Below, piece after piece: positions 12,247-25,802 of a DNA stretch of 41,953 nucleotides (within the stretch, counting starts at the first letter, position 1; every line of letters starts with the position of its first letter). The stretch covers positions 1 through 41,953 of the forward strand of contig JAQGDQ010001417.1 of NCBI GenBank assembly GCA_030141605.1, read 5' to 3'. The notes beneath the pieces are model-generated. The model did not search any database. It saw nothing but the letters and a program-made list of their open reading frames with translations, and was not told the origin of the DNA. The position numbers were made by a program, and so were the translations under genes. This DNA comes from Tubiluchus corallicola (taxonomy: Eukaryota > Animalia > Priapulida).

Positions 12247-13469
12247 CATCAAGTGTACTTAGACTTATTAAAAGTACGCTCTAGCATCAAGTGTACTTAG
12301 ACTTATTAAAAGTACACTCTAGCATCAAGTGTACTTAGAATTATTAAAAGTACACTCTAGCATCAAGTGTACTTAGAATTATTAAAAGTACACTCTAGCA
12401 TCAAGTGTACTTAGACTTATTAAAAGTACACTCTAGCATCAAGTGTACTTAGACTTATTAAAAGTACGCTCTAGCATCAAGTGTACTTAGACTTATTAAA
12501 AGTACACTCTAGCATCAAGTGTACTTAGACTTATCAAAAGTACGCTCTAGCATCAAGTGTACTTAGACTTATTAAAAGTACACTCTAGCATCAAGTGTAC
12601 TTAGACTTATTAAAAGTACACTCTAGCATCAAGTGTACTTAGACTTATTAAAAGTACACTCTAGCATCAAGTGTACTTAGACTTATTAAAAGTACACTCT
12701 AGCATTATCAAGTGTACTTAGACTTATTAAAAGTACACTCTAGCATTATCAAGTGTACTTAGACTTTTTAAAAGTACGCTCTAGCATCAAGTGTACTTAG
12801 ACTTATTAAAAGTACACTCTAGCATCAAGTGTACTTAGAATTATTAAAAGTACACTCTAGCATCAAGTGTACTTAGACTTATTAAAAGTACACTCTAGCA
12901 TCAAGTGTACTTAGACTTATCAAAAGTACACTCTAGCATCAAGTGTACTTAGACTTATTAAAAGTACACTCTAGCATCAAGTGTACTTAGACTTATTAAA
13001 AGTACGCTCTAGCATCAAGTGTACTTAGACTTATCAAAAGTACGCTCTAGCATCAAGTGTACTTAGACTTATCAAAAGTACACTCTAGCATCAAGTGTAC
13101 TTAGACTTATTAAAAGTACACTCTAGCATCAAGTGTACTTAGACTTATTAAAAGTACGCTCTAGCATCAAGTGTACTTAGACTTATTAAAAGTACACTCT
13201 AGCATCAAGTGTACTTAGACTTATTAAAAGTACACTCTAGCATCAAGTGTACTTAGACTTATTAAAAGTACACTCTAGCATCAAGTGTACTTAGACTTAT
13301 TAAAAGTACCTCTAGCATCAAGTGTACTTAGACTTATTAAAAGTACCTCTATCAAGTGTACTTAGACTTATTAAAAGTACACTCTAGCATTATCAAGTGT
13401 ACTTAGACTTATTAAAAGTACGCTCTAGCATCAAGTGTACTTAGACTTATTAAAAGTACGCTCTAGCAT
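12247..13469. repeat. 38-bp minisatellite, ~32 copies
   Basis: Unit GCATCAAGTGTACTTAGACTTATTAAAAGTACACTCTA, with internal inverted repeat AGTGTACTT/AAGTACACT. Confidence 0.97.
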
Positions 13470-13610
13470 TATTTTGTTGTAAATGTTGTTCTTTTTAACA
13501 CGTGACAAATTCTTAATAACTATTTACACCTAGGCAACAGAATTACAAGCGAAAATAGGTACTTAATTGAAGATATGTATGTTATCCAAGAACAAAACTT
13601 TTGACTTACC

Positions 13611-14653
13611 TTTGGCATAGTTAAATTACTTTCAACATACACTTTTGGCTAAATCTTACATTCCAACCACCAACAGTACGCTGACGACATAGTTATGATT
13701 ATGCCAGTCTGAACGAATGAACGATCGAGACTTCTCACCTAATTTTGGCATAGTTAAATTACTTTCAACATACACTTTTGGCTAAATCTTACATTCTATC
13801 CACCAACAGTACGCTGACGACATAGTTATGATTATGCCAGTCTGAACGAATGAACGATCGAGACTTCTCACCTAATTTTGGCATAGTTAAATTACTTTCA
13901 ACATACACTTTTGGCTAAATCTTACATTCTATCCACCAACAGTACGCTGACGACATAGTTATGATTATGCCAGTCTGAACGAATGAACGATCGAGACTTC
14001 TCACCTAATTTTGGCATAGTTAAATTACTTTCAACATACACTTTTGGCTAAATCTTACATTCTATCCACCAACAGTACGCTGACGACATAGTTATGATTA
14101 TGCCAGTCTGAACGAATGAACGATCGAGACTTCTCACCTAATTTTGGCATAGTTAAATTACTTTCAACATACACTTTTGGCTAAATCTTACATTCTATCC
14201 ACCAACAGTACGCTGACGACATAGTTATGATTATGCCAGTCTGAACGAATGAACGATCGAGACTTCTCACCTAATTTTGGCATAGTTAAATTACTTTCAA
14301 CATACACTTTTGGCTAAATCTTACATTCTATCCACCAACAGTACGCTGACGACATAGTTATGATTATGCCAGTCTGAACGAATGAACGATCGAGACTTCT
14401 CACCTAATTTTGGCATAGTTAAACTACTTTCAACATACACTTTTGGCTAAATCTTACATTCTATCCACCAACAGTACGCTGACGACATAGTTATGATTAT
14501 GCCAGTCTGAATGAATGAACGATCGAGACTTCTCACCTAATTTTGGCATAGTTAAACTACTTTGCATATACACTTTTGGCTAAATACTAAATTCTAGTCA
14601 CCAATAGTACGCTGACGACATAGTAATGATTATGCCAGTCTGAATGAATGAAT
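13611..14653. repeat. 133-bp tandem repeat, ~7.8 copies
   Basis: TTTGGCATAGTTAAATTACTTTCAAC... recurs at 13611, 13744, etc. Interior copies are near-identical and the last is diverged. Confidence 0.97.
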
Positions 14654-15151
14654 GATTTCTTTAAATTAGTACTTCTGAGAAAATTTATAACGTACACAGT
14701 TAACAAACGTAAACGTGTGTATACTTGTTTTGAACAAACTGATGACTGTACATTATTCTCAAGAGAATTTAACAACTTAACGCGTCACTTACGTACTCAA
14801 AAGAAATTCTTAGGTAGTTTTAAAGTGACTATTTCACACTAGGTGACGCTCTCACTGATACTAATGTCTATGACTGGAGTGCATTTCCACGTATGTATAG
14901 TACCAGGACTTGAGTCAGCCTGCTCTGTCTTGCTACTACAAAAAACCTCCAACTTGTACTGACCAACGCAGAAGAACAACACGCTGCAGATGTGCTCATA
15001 GGTTTCTTGTAAATCCGCCTGCAAAATAAGATAAAACTGGTTTCACAAGTGCAAAAAATTACACGGTTTCTCCGAAAAGTAAACCAGCGTTTGCAAAGTA
15101 AGAGAAAATTAATAATTCTTCGTTAATTACAATTAATATTTAATTGTTTCT

Positions 15152-15741
15152 CCAGGAAAAGGTGCTACCTCAGGAAGACAAGTTCCCCGGAAGAGATGTG
15201 CCTCTGGAAGAGATGTTCCCCCAGGAAGAGATGCTACCTCGGGAAGAGATGTTCCCACAGGAAGAGACGTTGCCCCAGGAAGAGACGTTCCCCCAGGAAG
15301 AGATGCTACCCCAGGAAGAGATGTTACCTCAGGAAGAGATGTTCGCCGGAAGAGATGTGCCCCCAGGAAGAGATGTTCCCCCAGGGAGAGATGTTCCCCC
15401 AGGAACAGACGTTCCCCCAGGAAGAGACGTTCCCCCAGGAAGAGATGCTACCCCAGGAAGAGATGTGCCCCCAGGAAGAGATGTTCCCCGGAAGAGATGT
15501 TCCCCCAGGAAGAGATGTTCCCCCAGGAAGAGACGTTCCCCAGGAAGAGATGCTACCCCAGGAAGAGATGTTCCCCCAGGAAGAGACGTTGCCCCAGGAA
15601 GAGACGCTACCCCAGGAAGAGATGCTACCCCAGGAAGAGATGCTACCCCAGGAAGAGATGTGCCCCCAGGAAGAGATGTTCCCCGGAAGAGATGTTACCC
15701 CAGGAAAAGATGTTCCCTCCAGGAAGAGACGTTCCCCCAGC
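15152..15741. repeat. GC-rich 18-bp (occasionally 17-bp) minisatellite, ~33 copies
   Basis: Unit CCCCAGGAAGAGATGTTC with GCTA/ACGTT variants. It lacks stop codons, hence the overlapping ORFs in several frames. Confidence 0.95.
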
Positions 15742-18206
15742 CGCGCGATTTTCATATGAATGAGACAGTTTGTGTAAACGCATTCGTGTACGATTGCCTC
15801 TAATATAAGCTTAAGAAGTACGTCGATCTCTTAGGCATATAAAAACATCTCACGTAATGTCACGTAATGTTCCGTATGTCACGTAATGATATACCAGACG
15901 ACTTTTACTAGGCAAGCAAGGTCAGTTGTCGTTCAAGATAAGGGCTTACATAGTAAAAACATAAAGATATGAAAATTTGTCCAGCAAAAACCAGCAACAT
16001 AAAATTCGTACAACTATTTTCTACTAATGCAAGCATTTGATGTTCTCCTTGAGTGCAATTTTCAATTCTTGATAGAGAATTCCACGTATAAGAAGCCCGT
16101 GGAGAAAACCGGTTTACTACGTAGCTGTTCTACTCTGCTTTTGGAGGGTTCGTCCTTAAACAACAGCTTCTGTTTTCAAACACGCAGTTTTGTGTGTGTA
16201 TAAAAACTGGCTTCACCAAACCAACTGACCAAACAAGCTTTATTCGACAAATTAAAGTTGTCAGCTTCCCTTTACTGTAACCGACACCCGACGCGAAATC
16301 GAGACCGTATCAATTGTCGCCAGAGCAAATAATTGCTTGATGAACTGGCTTGTTAGTTTCCAGAACGAACCGAGAAAACGAGCAATTATGAAATTTATTT
16401 ACGAAGCCAGTTGGTTTATTAGCTGCTAACATTATCCACGTTGCATGCAGTTTAACTTGGCTTCAGCAATTATAATGAAACTTGATGCTAAGCAACTCCA
16501 TTTTAAAGTTTTTCATGTTGCCCTGAAACCACAATAACAATATGGCTGCGATCGACCTCCAAAACAGAAATAAAAATGTTTTTTCATTCCCAAATAAAGG
16601 TACTTTCACACATTAGTAAATGTCACCAGATCGCTAAGCTAATTCCACGTGTTAACGCAGGAATGAATTTAGATTATTGCATTAAGAGATAACGCTCGTT
16701 TAGTTCAGCTTAAAAACTGCAGAGGGCGCACTCGTAGCTAGCCAGTATATTCTTTTCAGGTTTATTGGCCAGTATTTGCGCGCATGCGTACTTTATTATA
16801 CACACAACGTTAATAAGGAACCAAGAACAACGAATAAGAAAAAACAAAACGTTGTCAAAGAAAAAAAGAGCAAGGGACAAAGTTGTTTTTCTTTCCATTT
16901 TGCAATAAGCATTTGCTGAAAGCAGAGAAGTGCATCACGTGACAGAACAAAATCACGAGAAAAATTAATAAAAACAACAAGGAAAAAACTACAAAAAAGC
17001 ACTTCAGTATTAAAATCAAAATACTAACAAAAAGCATAAAATTTCACAACAGCAGTGAACAGAAAGTATGTTACTTTTCACAGTTTCGTTGTGCGCACGC
17101 GCAGTTGCTGTAGGTCATAAGTTAACTATACCCCACAGCAAGGCGTCTTAACTGCAACCGTCATGTGGGTAAAGCAAAGGCATCTACCGGATCAGTTGTT
17201 TTACATGGACTTTGCTTAATTATGCATTAATCTGTATGTAGAGTGATTTAATAACAGGATCTTGCTTGGGAACAAGAAAAATTGAACTAAGTAAGGTTCT
17301 AGGTAGCTGTGAAAACTGTTACTGTTACAATAGCATGGGTACGTGTTATTAGTAACAATAGCATGTTGCCAAGTGTACACAAATGTGTTGTCAGGTACAC
17401 ATAACCTTTGACCTTTTCACGATCATCACCAATTGCTGGAACTGTGAAATGGCTAATTTATATAACAGAAAGCTGCCGGATTATATATAGGACAACTTGA
17501 CTAAACCGTTTGTGGTGGGCTAAGTAAAACCGGTTTGTGATTTATGATAAAAAGATGAAACATGTGCAAAGAGCATAACATCCTCTGTACTCTTATGCGT
17601 TGAATTTTGAAACAGATTTGATTTACAAGAGCAATAAGAAATCAAGCGAGTGAGGAAGAAAGTTAATGACGCAAAATTCATCTACTAAACACCGCCATCA
17701 TAATTACAAGCAAACAAAGCTGTAATTAAATTGGCTCGCAAGCAGCCCATAAAGCATCTTTACGATCTACTCTCTGTAATTACTACGACTACTACGCCAC
17801 CTACTTTAAGCATTTATTAATACTCATACAATCGTTTTGATCGCTTTACTGCTAGCAAAGTGGCCTATTAACTTATGAAGAACTTCGTGTGTAATTACGT
17901 AAGCAAGATTGTAATTCAGTGAGGTGAGAAATGACGTCACAGCTACGTGGGAAGCTGCAACTCAAAGTGGATAAGATGTTGTAACAGTCTTAGACTCGAA
18001 TCACTTTGCGATGCAAACAAACGTTTGATTAGCTTGGATTCTGTATTTTTTTATCAGCGAACACAACAACAATCTAATTCGCTAGTTAATTTACGTCATC
18101 ATAATTATTAATAAACTTTTGTTTGTGATAATTTGTGTTAGTGTATCTATTACATTAATTCTGTTGTATCGTAGATTACTGCACTACGGATTTAGCTTCA
18201 ATAACA

Positions 18207-19596
18207 ATACATACAGGCAAGCAGTTGCTACTGCACTTTGCCTATATTCACCATTAACATACATACAGACAAGCAGTTGCTACTGCACTTTGCCTAGATT
18301 CACCATTCACTTACACATACAGACAAGCAGTTACTACTGCACTTTGCCTAGATTCACCATTCACTTACACATACAGACAACCAGTTGCTACTGCACTTTG
18401 CCTATATTCACCATTCACTTACACATAAGACAAGCAGTTGCTACTGCACTTTGCCTATATTCACCATTCACTTACACATAAGACAAGCATTTGCTACTGC
18501 ACTTTGCCTATATTCACCATTCACTTACACATACAGACAAGCAGTTGCTACTGCACTTTGCCTAGATTCACCATTCACTTACACATACAGACAACCAGTT
18601 GCTACTGCACTTTGCCTATATTCACCATTCACTTACACATACAGACAAGCAGTTGCTACTGCACTTTGCCTAGATTCACCATTCACTTACACATACAGAC
18701 AAGCAGTTGCTACTGCACTTTGCCTAGATTCACCATTCACTTACACATACAGACAACCAGTTGCTACTGCACTTTGCCTATATTCACCATTCACTTACAC
18801 ATACAGACAAGCAGTTGCTACTGCACTTTGCCTATATTCACCATTAACATACATACAGACAACCAGTTGCTACTGCACTTTGCCTATATTCACCATTCAC
18901 ACACATACAGACAAGCAGTTACTACTGCACTTTGCCTATATTCACCATTCACTTACACATAAGACAAGCATTTGCTACTGCACTTTGCCTATATTCACCA
19001 TTCACTTACACATACAGACAAGCAGTTGCTACTGCACTTTGCCTATATTCACCATTCACTTACACATACAGACAAGCAGTTGCTACTGCACTTTGCCTAT
19101 ATTCACCATTCACTTACACATAAGACAAGCAGTTGCTACTGCACTTTGCCTATATTCACCATTCACTTACACATAAGACAAGCATTTGCTACTGCACTTT
19201 GCCTATATTCACCATTCACTTACACATACAGACAAGCAGTTGCTACTGCACTTTGCCTATATTCACCATTCACTTACACATACAGACAAGCAGTTGCTAC
19301 TGCACTTTGCCTATATTCACCATTAACATACATACAGACAAGCATATGCTACTGCACTTTGCCTAGATTCACCATTCGCTTACACATACAGACAAGCAGT
19401 TGTTACTGCACTTTGCCTATATTCACCATTCACTTACACATAAGACAAGCAGTTGCTACTGCACTTTGCCTATATTAACCATTCACTTACACATACAGAC
19501 AAGCAGTTGCTACTGCACTTTGCCTATATTCACCATTCGCTTACACATACAGACAAGCATTTGCTACTGCACTTTGCCTATATTCACCATTCACTA
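18207..19596. repeat. 54/53-bp minisatellite, ~26 copies
   Basis: Unit ACATACAGACAAGCAGTTGCTACTGCACTTTGCCTATATTCACCATTCACTTAC; period measured at 18271/18325/18379/18432. Confidence 0.97.
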
Positions 19597-21372
19597 AACG
19601 TATGTAAATGTTGTTTTTTCATTACAAAGCCCCAAGGGAAGAAAAATAATGAAATCAGCATGATGGCCCTGAGTAAAGCAAACATTGACATATTAACTCA
19701 TGTTAATTTATTAACCGCCCAATGTGCGGGAACGCATCATGTGTGAAGCCACTCCCGAGAAGCCCTCCACACTTTCATTTCCGGTGACGTGACCCAGTTC
19801 TCCGTCGCTGAATGACAAAAAGCTTCTCCCACTTACATTCGCCTCACATGAAAGAAAAAACTCGTACAAGATGGCCTAATTTTCCACATAAAAAAGCGCC
19901 GCTACAATGAAAGGTTTTTGCAAAAAGAAGCCACTTCAGTCACGCTTGAGTGACGCAACACGTCACAGCCACTCGAGTTGACCGATAAGCTTTGAACACA
20001 GCTGGTGGGACAGACAAAGGTTTATTTTTTATTTCATTCACCGAAAGAGTGGATAAAAAAGCTGCCCGCCATTTTCCCCAAGTCCTTATCATCAGTTTAT
20101 TTCTCGTTTATCACCTCAAAGAAGCACCCGTATATTTAAGGAAAAAACCGAACCCACCTCAAATTACAGCTCAAAACAATCTATCTTATCAAATATTGAA
20201 AGAGAACATCTTATTTTTTTAAGAATGTGGCGCCATCTCTAGTTGGACTCACCTACCATTGAGTTTTTAACTCATTAATGCTTTGGCATTATTATAGGTG
20301 TTACAATGTAAACTTCTCTATTGTACTTCAAAATTGTAGGATCATCCTGTTTTCCTTTAAATATTTATAGTGAAAAAACCAGATTTCAACGCAGATTCCA
20401 TTTTACATTATTGCTACTAACACGGAATGGCACTAAGCCACTAATTAAGTGCTAATTAAATAAGTTAGTTAAAATAAGTGTTAATAATACAAAATGAAAT
20501 AAGACACACATATAAAGGTATGCTTGGCTACAATCAGTAATTTCCTCTCGCACTATATGTACTAAAAAACAACTATAAAATAAACGACTACTTTATTTAA
20601 ACTTACATTCTGATTGAAAAACGTTTCATCAAACTCACAAATTCCTTTACTGTTATAAATTCATCAGCAGAGGATCTCAACAAACGTTATAATGTTTACT
20701 GAGCATTATATAGACTTATTTGCGTAACGAAGGACAAATGGCGTCGATCAGAATTGAAATTATGATGACGTAGTTGATGACGTATAGTGGCACCCTTGTA
20801 ATGGTAAATGTACTGTACATTCGACCACTCATAGCAGCAGACTTGTTACTAGTAACAAATTAAAATTTTCGAAAAATATTAAGCATGTTGAAATTTCCAA
20901 TGAGTTCAATGAAAATCACGTGACGTGGGCGCCACCATCGACATTACGTCACAACTCGTGATTGATTTTTTCTGGCAGCGAGTGACGTCATCCATTGTTA
21001 GATTCGTTGTTTAAATAAAAATGAGAGTAGTAGTAGTAGTAGTTTATTGACCATAAAATGAATATTTGCGATCTTTGACATTCATAGCAGAATTGAAACG
21101 TTTTACAGTCGAAACTTTTCTACTTTACAAGTTTAAAAAATATACAATAAGAAATTTTCATTTGATGTCAGTAAAAAATATATATGATAATGACTGAGCT
21201 GAGCTTACACAATTTTACAGAACTGTAACACTTCGTTATGGTATTTGCAAAAATTACTTTCCTATTCATAAGCTTAATAATGTCCTAGTCAAACATAAAT
21301 ATTGTAGTTAGGGATGTAAGTCTACATTGTTGAATCTTCTACCAGTTTCAGTTGTTAAATGACAGAGATTCA

Positions 21373-23168
21373 ACATCAGTATCAACGAATGACGAGGAAT
21401 GAGGAGATCTGTCGGTCAGCATGAAGTCCAAGATTTTCCACTTGATGTCACTGTACCTGTCAGGCGTCCACGATGTACATCAGCATCAACGAATGACTAG
21501 GAGTGAAGAGATCTGTCGGTCATCATGATGTCCACTTGATGTCGCTGTACCTGTCAGGCGTCCACGATGTACATCAGCATCAACGAATGACGAGGAATGA
21601 AGAGATCTGTCGGTCATCATGATGTCCACTTGATGTCGCTGTACCTGTCAGGCGTCCACGATGTACATCAGCATCAACGAATGACGAGGAATGAAGAGAT
21701 CTGTCGGTCACCACGATGTCCACTTGATGTCGCTGTACCTGTCAGGCGTCCACGATGTACATCAGCATCAATGAATGACTAGGAGTGAAGAGATCTGTCG
21801 GTCATCATGATGTCCAAGATTTTCCACTTGATGTCGCTGTACCTGTCAGGCGTCCACGATGTACATCAGCATCAACGAATGACTAGGAGTGAAGAGATCT
21901 GTCGGTCATCATGATGTCCACTTGATGTCGCTGTACCTGTCAGGCGTCCACGATGTACATCAGCATCAACGAATGACTAGGAGTGAAGAGATCTGTCGGT
22001 CATCATGATGTCCACTTGATGTCGCTGTACCTGTCAGGCGTCCACGATGTACATCAGCATCAACGAATGACTAGGAGTGAAGAGATCTGTCGGTCATCAT
22101 GATGTCCACTTGATGTCGCTCTACCTGTCAGGCGTCCACAATGTACATCAGCATCAACGAATGACTAGGAGTGAAGAGATCTGTCGGTCACCACGATGTC
22201 CACTTGATGTCGCTGTACCTGTCAGGCGTCCACGATGTACATCAGCATCAACGAATGACTAGGAGTGAAGAGATCTGTCGGTCATCATGATGTCCACTTG
22301 ATGTCGCTGTACCTGTCAGGCGTCCACGATGTACATCAGCATCAACGAATGACTAGGAGTGAAGAGATCTGTCGGTCATCATGATGTCCACTTGATGTCG
22401 CTGTACTTGTCACGCGTCCACGATGTACATCAGCATCAACGAATGACTAGGAGTGAAGAGATCTGTCGGTCATCATGATGTCCACTTGATGTCGCTGTAC
22501 CTGTCAGGCGTCCACGATGTACATCAGCATCAACGAATGACTAGGAGTGAAGAGATCTGTCGGTCATCATGATGTCCACTTGATGTCGCTGTACCTGTCA
22601 GGCGTCCACGATGTACATCAGCATCAACGAATGACTAGGAGTGAAGAGATCTGTCGGTCATCATGATGTCCACTTGATGTCGCTGTACTTGTCACGCGTC
22701 CACGATGTACATCAGCATCAACGAATGACTAGGAGTGAAGAGATCTGTCGGTCATCATGATGTCCACTTGATGTCGCTGTACCTGTCAGGCGTCCACGAT
22801 GTACATCAGCATCAACGAATGACTAGGAGTGAAGAGATCTGTCGGTCATCATGATGTCCACTTGATGTCACTGTACCTGTCAGGCGTCCACGATGTACAT
22901 CAGCATCAACGAATGACTAGGAGTGAAGAGATCTGTCGGTCATCATGATGTCCACTTGATGTCGCTGTACCTGTCAGGCGTCCACGATGTACATCAGCAT
23001 CAACGAATGACTAGGAGTGAAGAGATTTGTCGGTCATCATGATGTCCACTTGATGTCGCTGTACTTGTCACGCGTCCACGATGTACATCAGCATCAACGA
23101 ATGACTAGGAGTGAAGAGATCTGTCGGTCATCATGATGTCCACTTGATGTCGCTGTACCTGTCAGGCG
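21373..23168. repeat. 94-bp tandem repeat, ~19 copies
   Basis: Unit CAGCATCAACGAATGACTAGGAGTGAAGAGATCTGTCGGTCATCATGATGTCCACTTGATGTCGCTGTACCTGTCAGGCGTCCACGATGTACAT. Two units carry an extra 10 bp (TCCAAGATTT). Confidence 0.97.
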
Positions 23169-23697
23169 ATGTTTTAATAAAGCAAATGTTCTCAAGACGT
23201 CTCTGCTCTCAATACGAACTGTCCAGCACAGCTGAACGACTCATTTCAGGCATTAAATGAACAAACTCTGCGCGGCGTGTGCTCTCTCACTCGATTACCA
23301 TTCTGCCGATAAATAAACTTGGCACTACGAGCCGTCAAGCCCGATGCCATCATGCTAGCAAATTACGTCAACAACACATGACAGACCACTTATTGCTATC
23401 GGCTATTTTTATCACAAAGAACCGTGCAGGCTGTTTGACGAACAAACGTGGCTCCTGGAAGATTATGAAATATTAATGTGACCCACTTCTTTGCTGTATG
23501 AAATAATATGATATCCAGGCAGGGAGAATGATACTGGCTTAAGCAACATTAATCTCATACATAGCATAAATTGGCTTACACGGACTCCCTAAGCAATAAA
23601 GCTTAGTCAGCCAACAAAAGAGCAAGATGATTGTCAGCAAATAATTGTCAGCAAAGAATCATTTGTCAGTGTAATAATCTTGGTCTGAGATGAAGTG

Positions 23698-24200
23698 TTT
23701 AAAGGAAGATAGGATGATTTTTCATATACTACACCGTTTTTCAGTACGGTAAAAAGTACACATTGTAAGAACAATACTGAATGCACGTTTCTGATAGCTA
23801 AATAACAGATGAAAATCTTAATTCATGACAGACGAACCCAACTGTCGATAGCATCACAAACAAACATAATTTTAACAGCAAAAACATTCCACGAGCGCGT
23901 TGCACGTGTTTGGGACCGTGGAAATTGAAGTACAGTGCTACTGTAAGAGACCATTAACGGAAGACAGGGTGATTTTTCATATACTACCCGATTTTTAAGT
24001 ACGGTAAAAAGTATACATTTTAACTCAGTTAATACTGCAAAAGCGTTTCTGATAATTAAATAATGGATTAAATGCTTAATTAGCGACGGGCGAGCCAAAC
24101 GAGTGATGACGTCACAAACTAACATAATTTTCGATAGCAAAAATATTCCACGAGCGCGTTGCACGTATTTTGCAAAAGCGAAAATTGAAGTACAGTATCT
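23698..24200 (+). mobile_element. Two tandem diverged fragments of the MITE family also at 27836-28300
   Basis: GGAAGAYAGGRTGATTTTTCATATACTAC..AGTACGGTAAAAA and AACATAATTTT..AGCAAAA..TTCCACGAGCGCGTTGCACGT each occur twice (23704/23960) and match 27838-28005. Confidence 0.7.
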
Positions 24201-24852
24201 TCGCAAAGTCAATAAATATTATAATTAGAAAAAACGTACGTTACATGTGAAAGTATCACAATAATAAAAACGCAACATGTAAAATTCTGACGAAAAATTT
24301 CTTATAGTTTCAGAATAAAATCTGTTTCATCCTGTTCACGTTCCCAGAAAAGCACAGAACAAAGATGGAAGCCACCAGCTTTCCTCTTAGATGAATGAAT
24401 GATAGACTCAAACATGTCAATAATGTACCAGAAAATTTGAAGAATGCTGTTTACCCTTCTCTTTGTTTATAACAGTAAAAAGCCTGAACTTTATCTTGCA
24501 ATACGTATAAGAAAACAAAAATTCACGGGGGGGGGGGGGGGGGGGGGTAAAATCTTTATCATTGAAAAATTGGTAAATTTTAAATTATTTGATAATTTAT
24601 TTTAGGGGGGGGGGGGTTCGTCTTTGGCAGAGATCTGCTGCCTACTGAGAGCATTCTAGTTTTATTATAGAAATTAATTGCATCAAAATAACGTATGTCT
24701 TGCAATGTTTGTAAATGTGTAAATATTTTGTTTTGTTTTCTATAAAAGTTTTAATTGTACTTTACGTGAACGTGTGTGTTATGTAAATCACTGTAGCAAT
24801 TTGTACCCAATAAATATGTTAAATATTTGCCGTTTTTTCTTACTTTTTAATT

Positions 24853-25572
24853 TGTGCCATTTGTCCTGTGCAATTTTTACCTACTTTTCCACTTGTGCCA
24901 TTTTTACCTATTTTTCCATTTGTGCCATTTTTACCTACTTTTCCACTTGTGCCATTTTTACCTATTTTTCCATTTGTGCCATTTTTACCTACTTTTCCAC
25001 TTGTGCCATTTCTACATATTTTTCCATTTGTGCCATTTTTACCTATTTTTGCATTTGTGCCATTTTTACCTATTTTTCCATTTGTGCCATTTTTACCTAC
25101 TTTTCCACTTGTGCCATTTTTACCTATTTTTCCATTTGTGCCATTTTTACCTACTTTTCCACTTGTGCCATTTTTACCTATTTTTCCATTTGTGCCATTT
25201 TTACCTACTTTTCCATTTGTGCCATTTTTACCTACTTTTCCATTTGTGCCATTTTTACCTACTTTTCCATTTGTGCCATTTTTACCTATTTTTCCATCTG
25301 TGCCATTTTTACCTACTTTTCCACTTGTGCCATTTTTACCTATTTTTCCATTTGTGCCATTTTTACCTATTTTTCCATCTGTGCCATTTTTACCTACTTT
25401 TCCACTTGTGCCATTTTACCTATTTTTCCATTTGTGCCATTTTTACCTATTTTTCCATTTGTGCCATTTTTACCTATTTTTCCATTTGTGCCATTTTTAC
25501 CTACTTTTCCATTTGTGCCATTTTTACCTACTTTTTCATTTGTGCCATTTTTACCTACTTTTCCATTTGCGC
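24853..25572. repeat. 27-bp minisatellite, ~26 copies
   Basis: Unit TGTGCCATTTTTACCTAYTTTTCCAYT; explains the CAIFTYFSI / HLCHFYLFF ORFs. About 4.4 copies reappear inverted at 38900-39017. Confidence 0.97.
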
Positions 25573-25802
25573 CACTTCGACTGCGCACCAACACGACTAG
25601 AACCAAACTTACTGCGCAGTGTAACATTTTACGAACACTTGGGAAAGTGTTTTATTCTGAAATTCTCCTTTCTTCCCCATTAAGCGCTAGTCAGTCGAGA
25701 ATCCTAATGATAACATTTTTTAAATTTTATCCGAATAAAACAGATCGTTGTACTTTTACAAATGCCTATTGTTTTTAGCCGTCTAATATCATTACTAGTC
25801 TG

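Noticed and set aside
18119-19746. Overlapping ORFs with repeated peptides
   Set aside because: They are products of the 54/53-bp array, and 53-bp units shift frame arbitrarily.
24774-25778. 334-aa hydrophobic repeat protein
   Set aside because: The 27-bp array is open in all three plus frames and contains a frameshifting unit; there is no domain.
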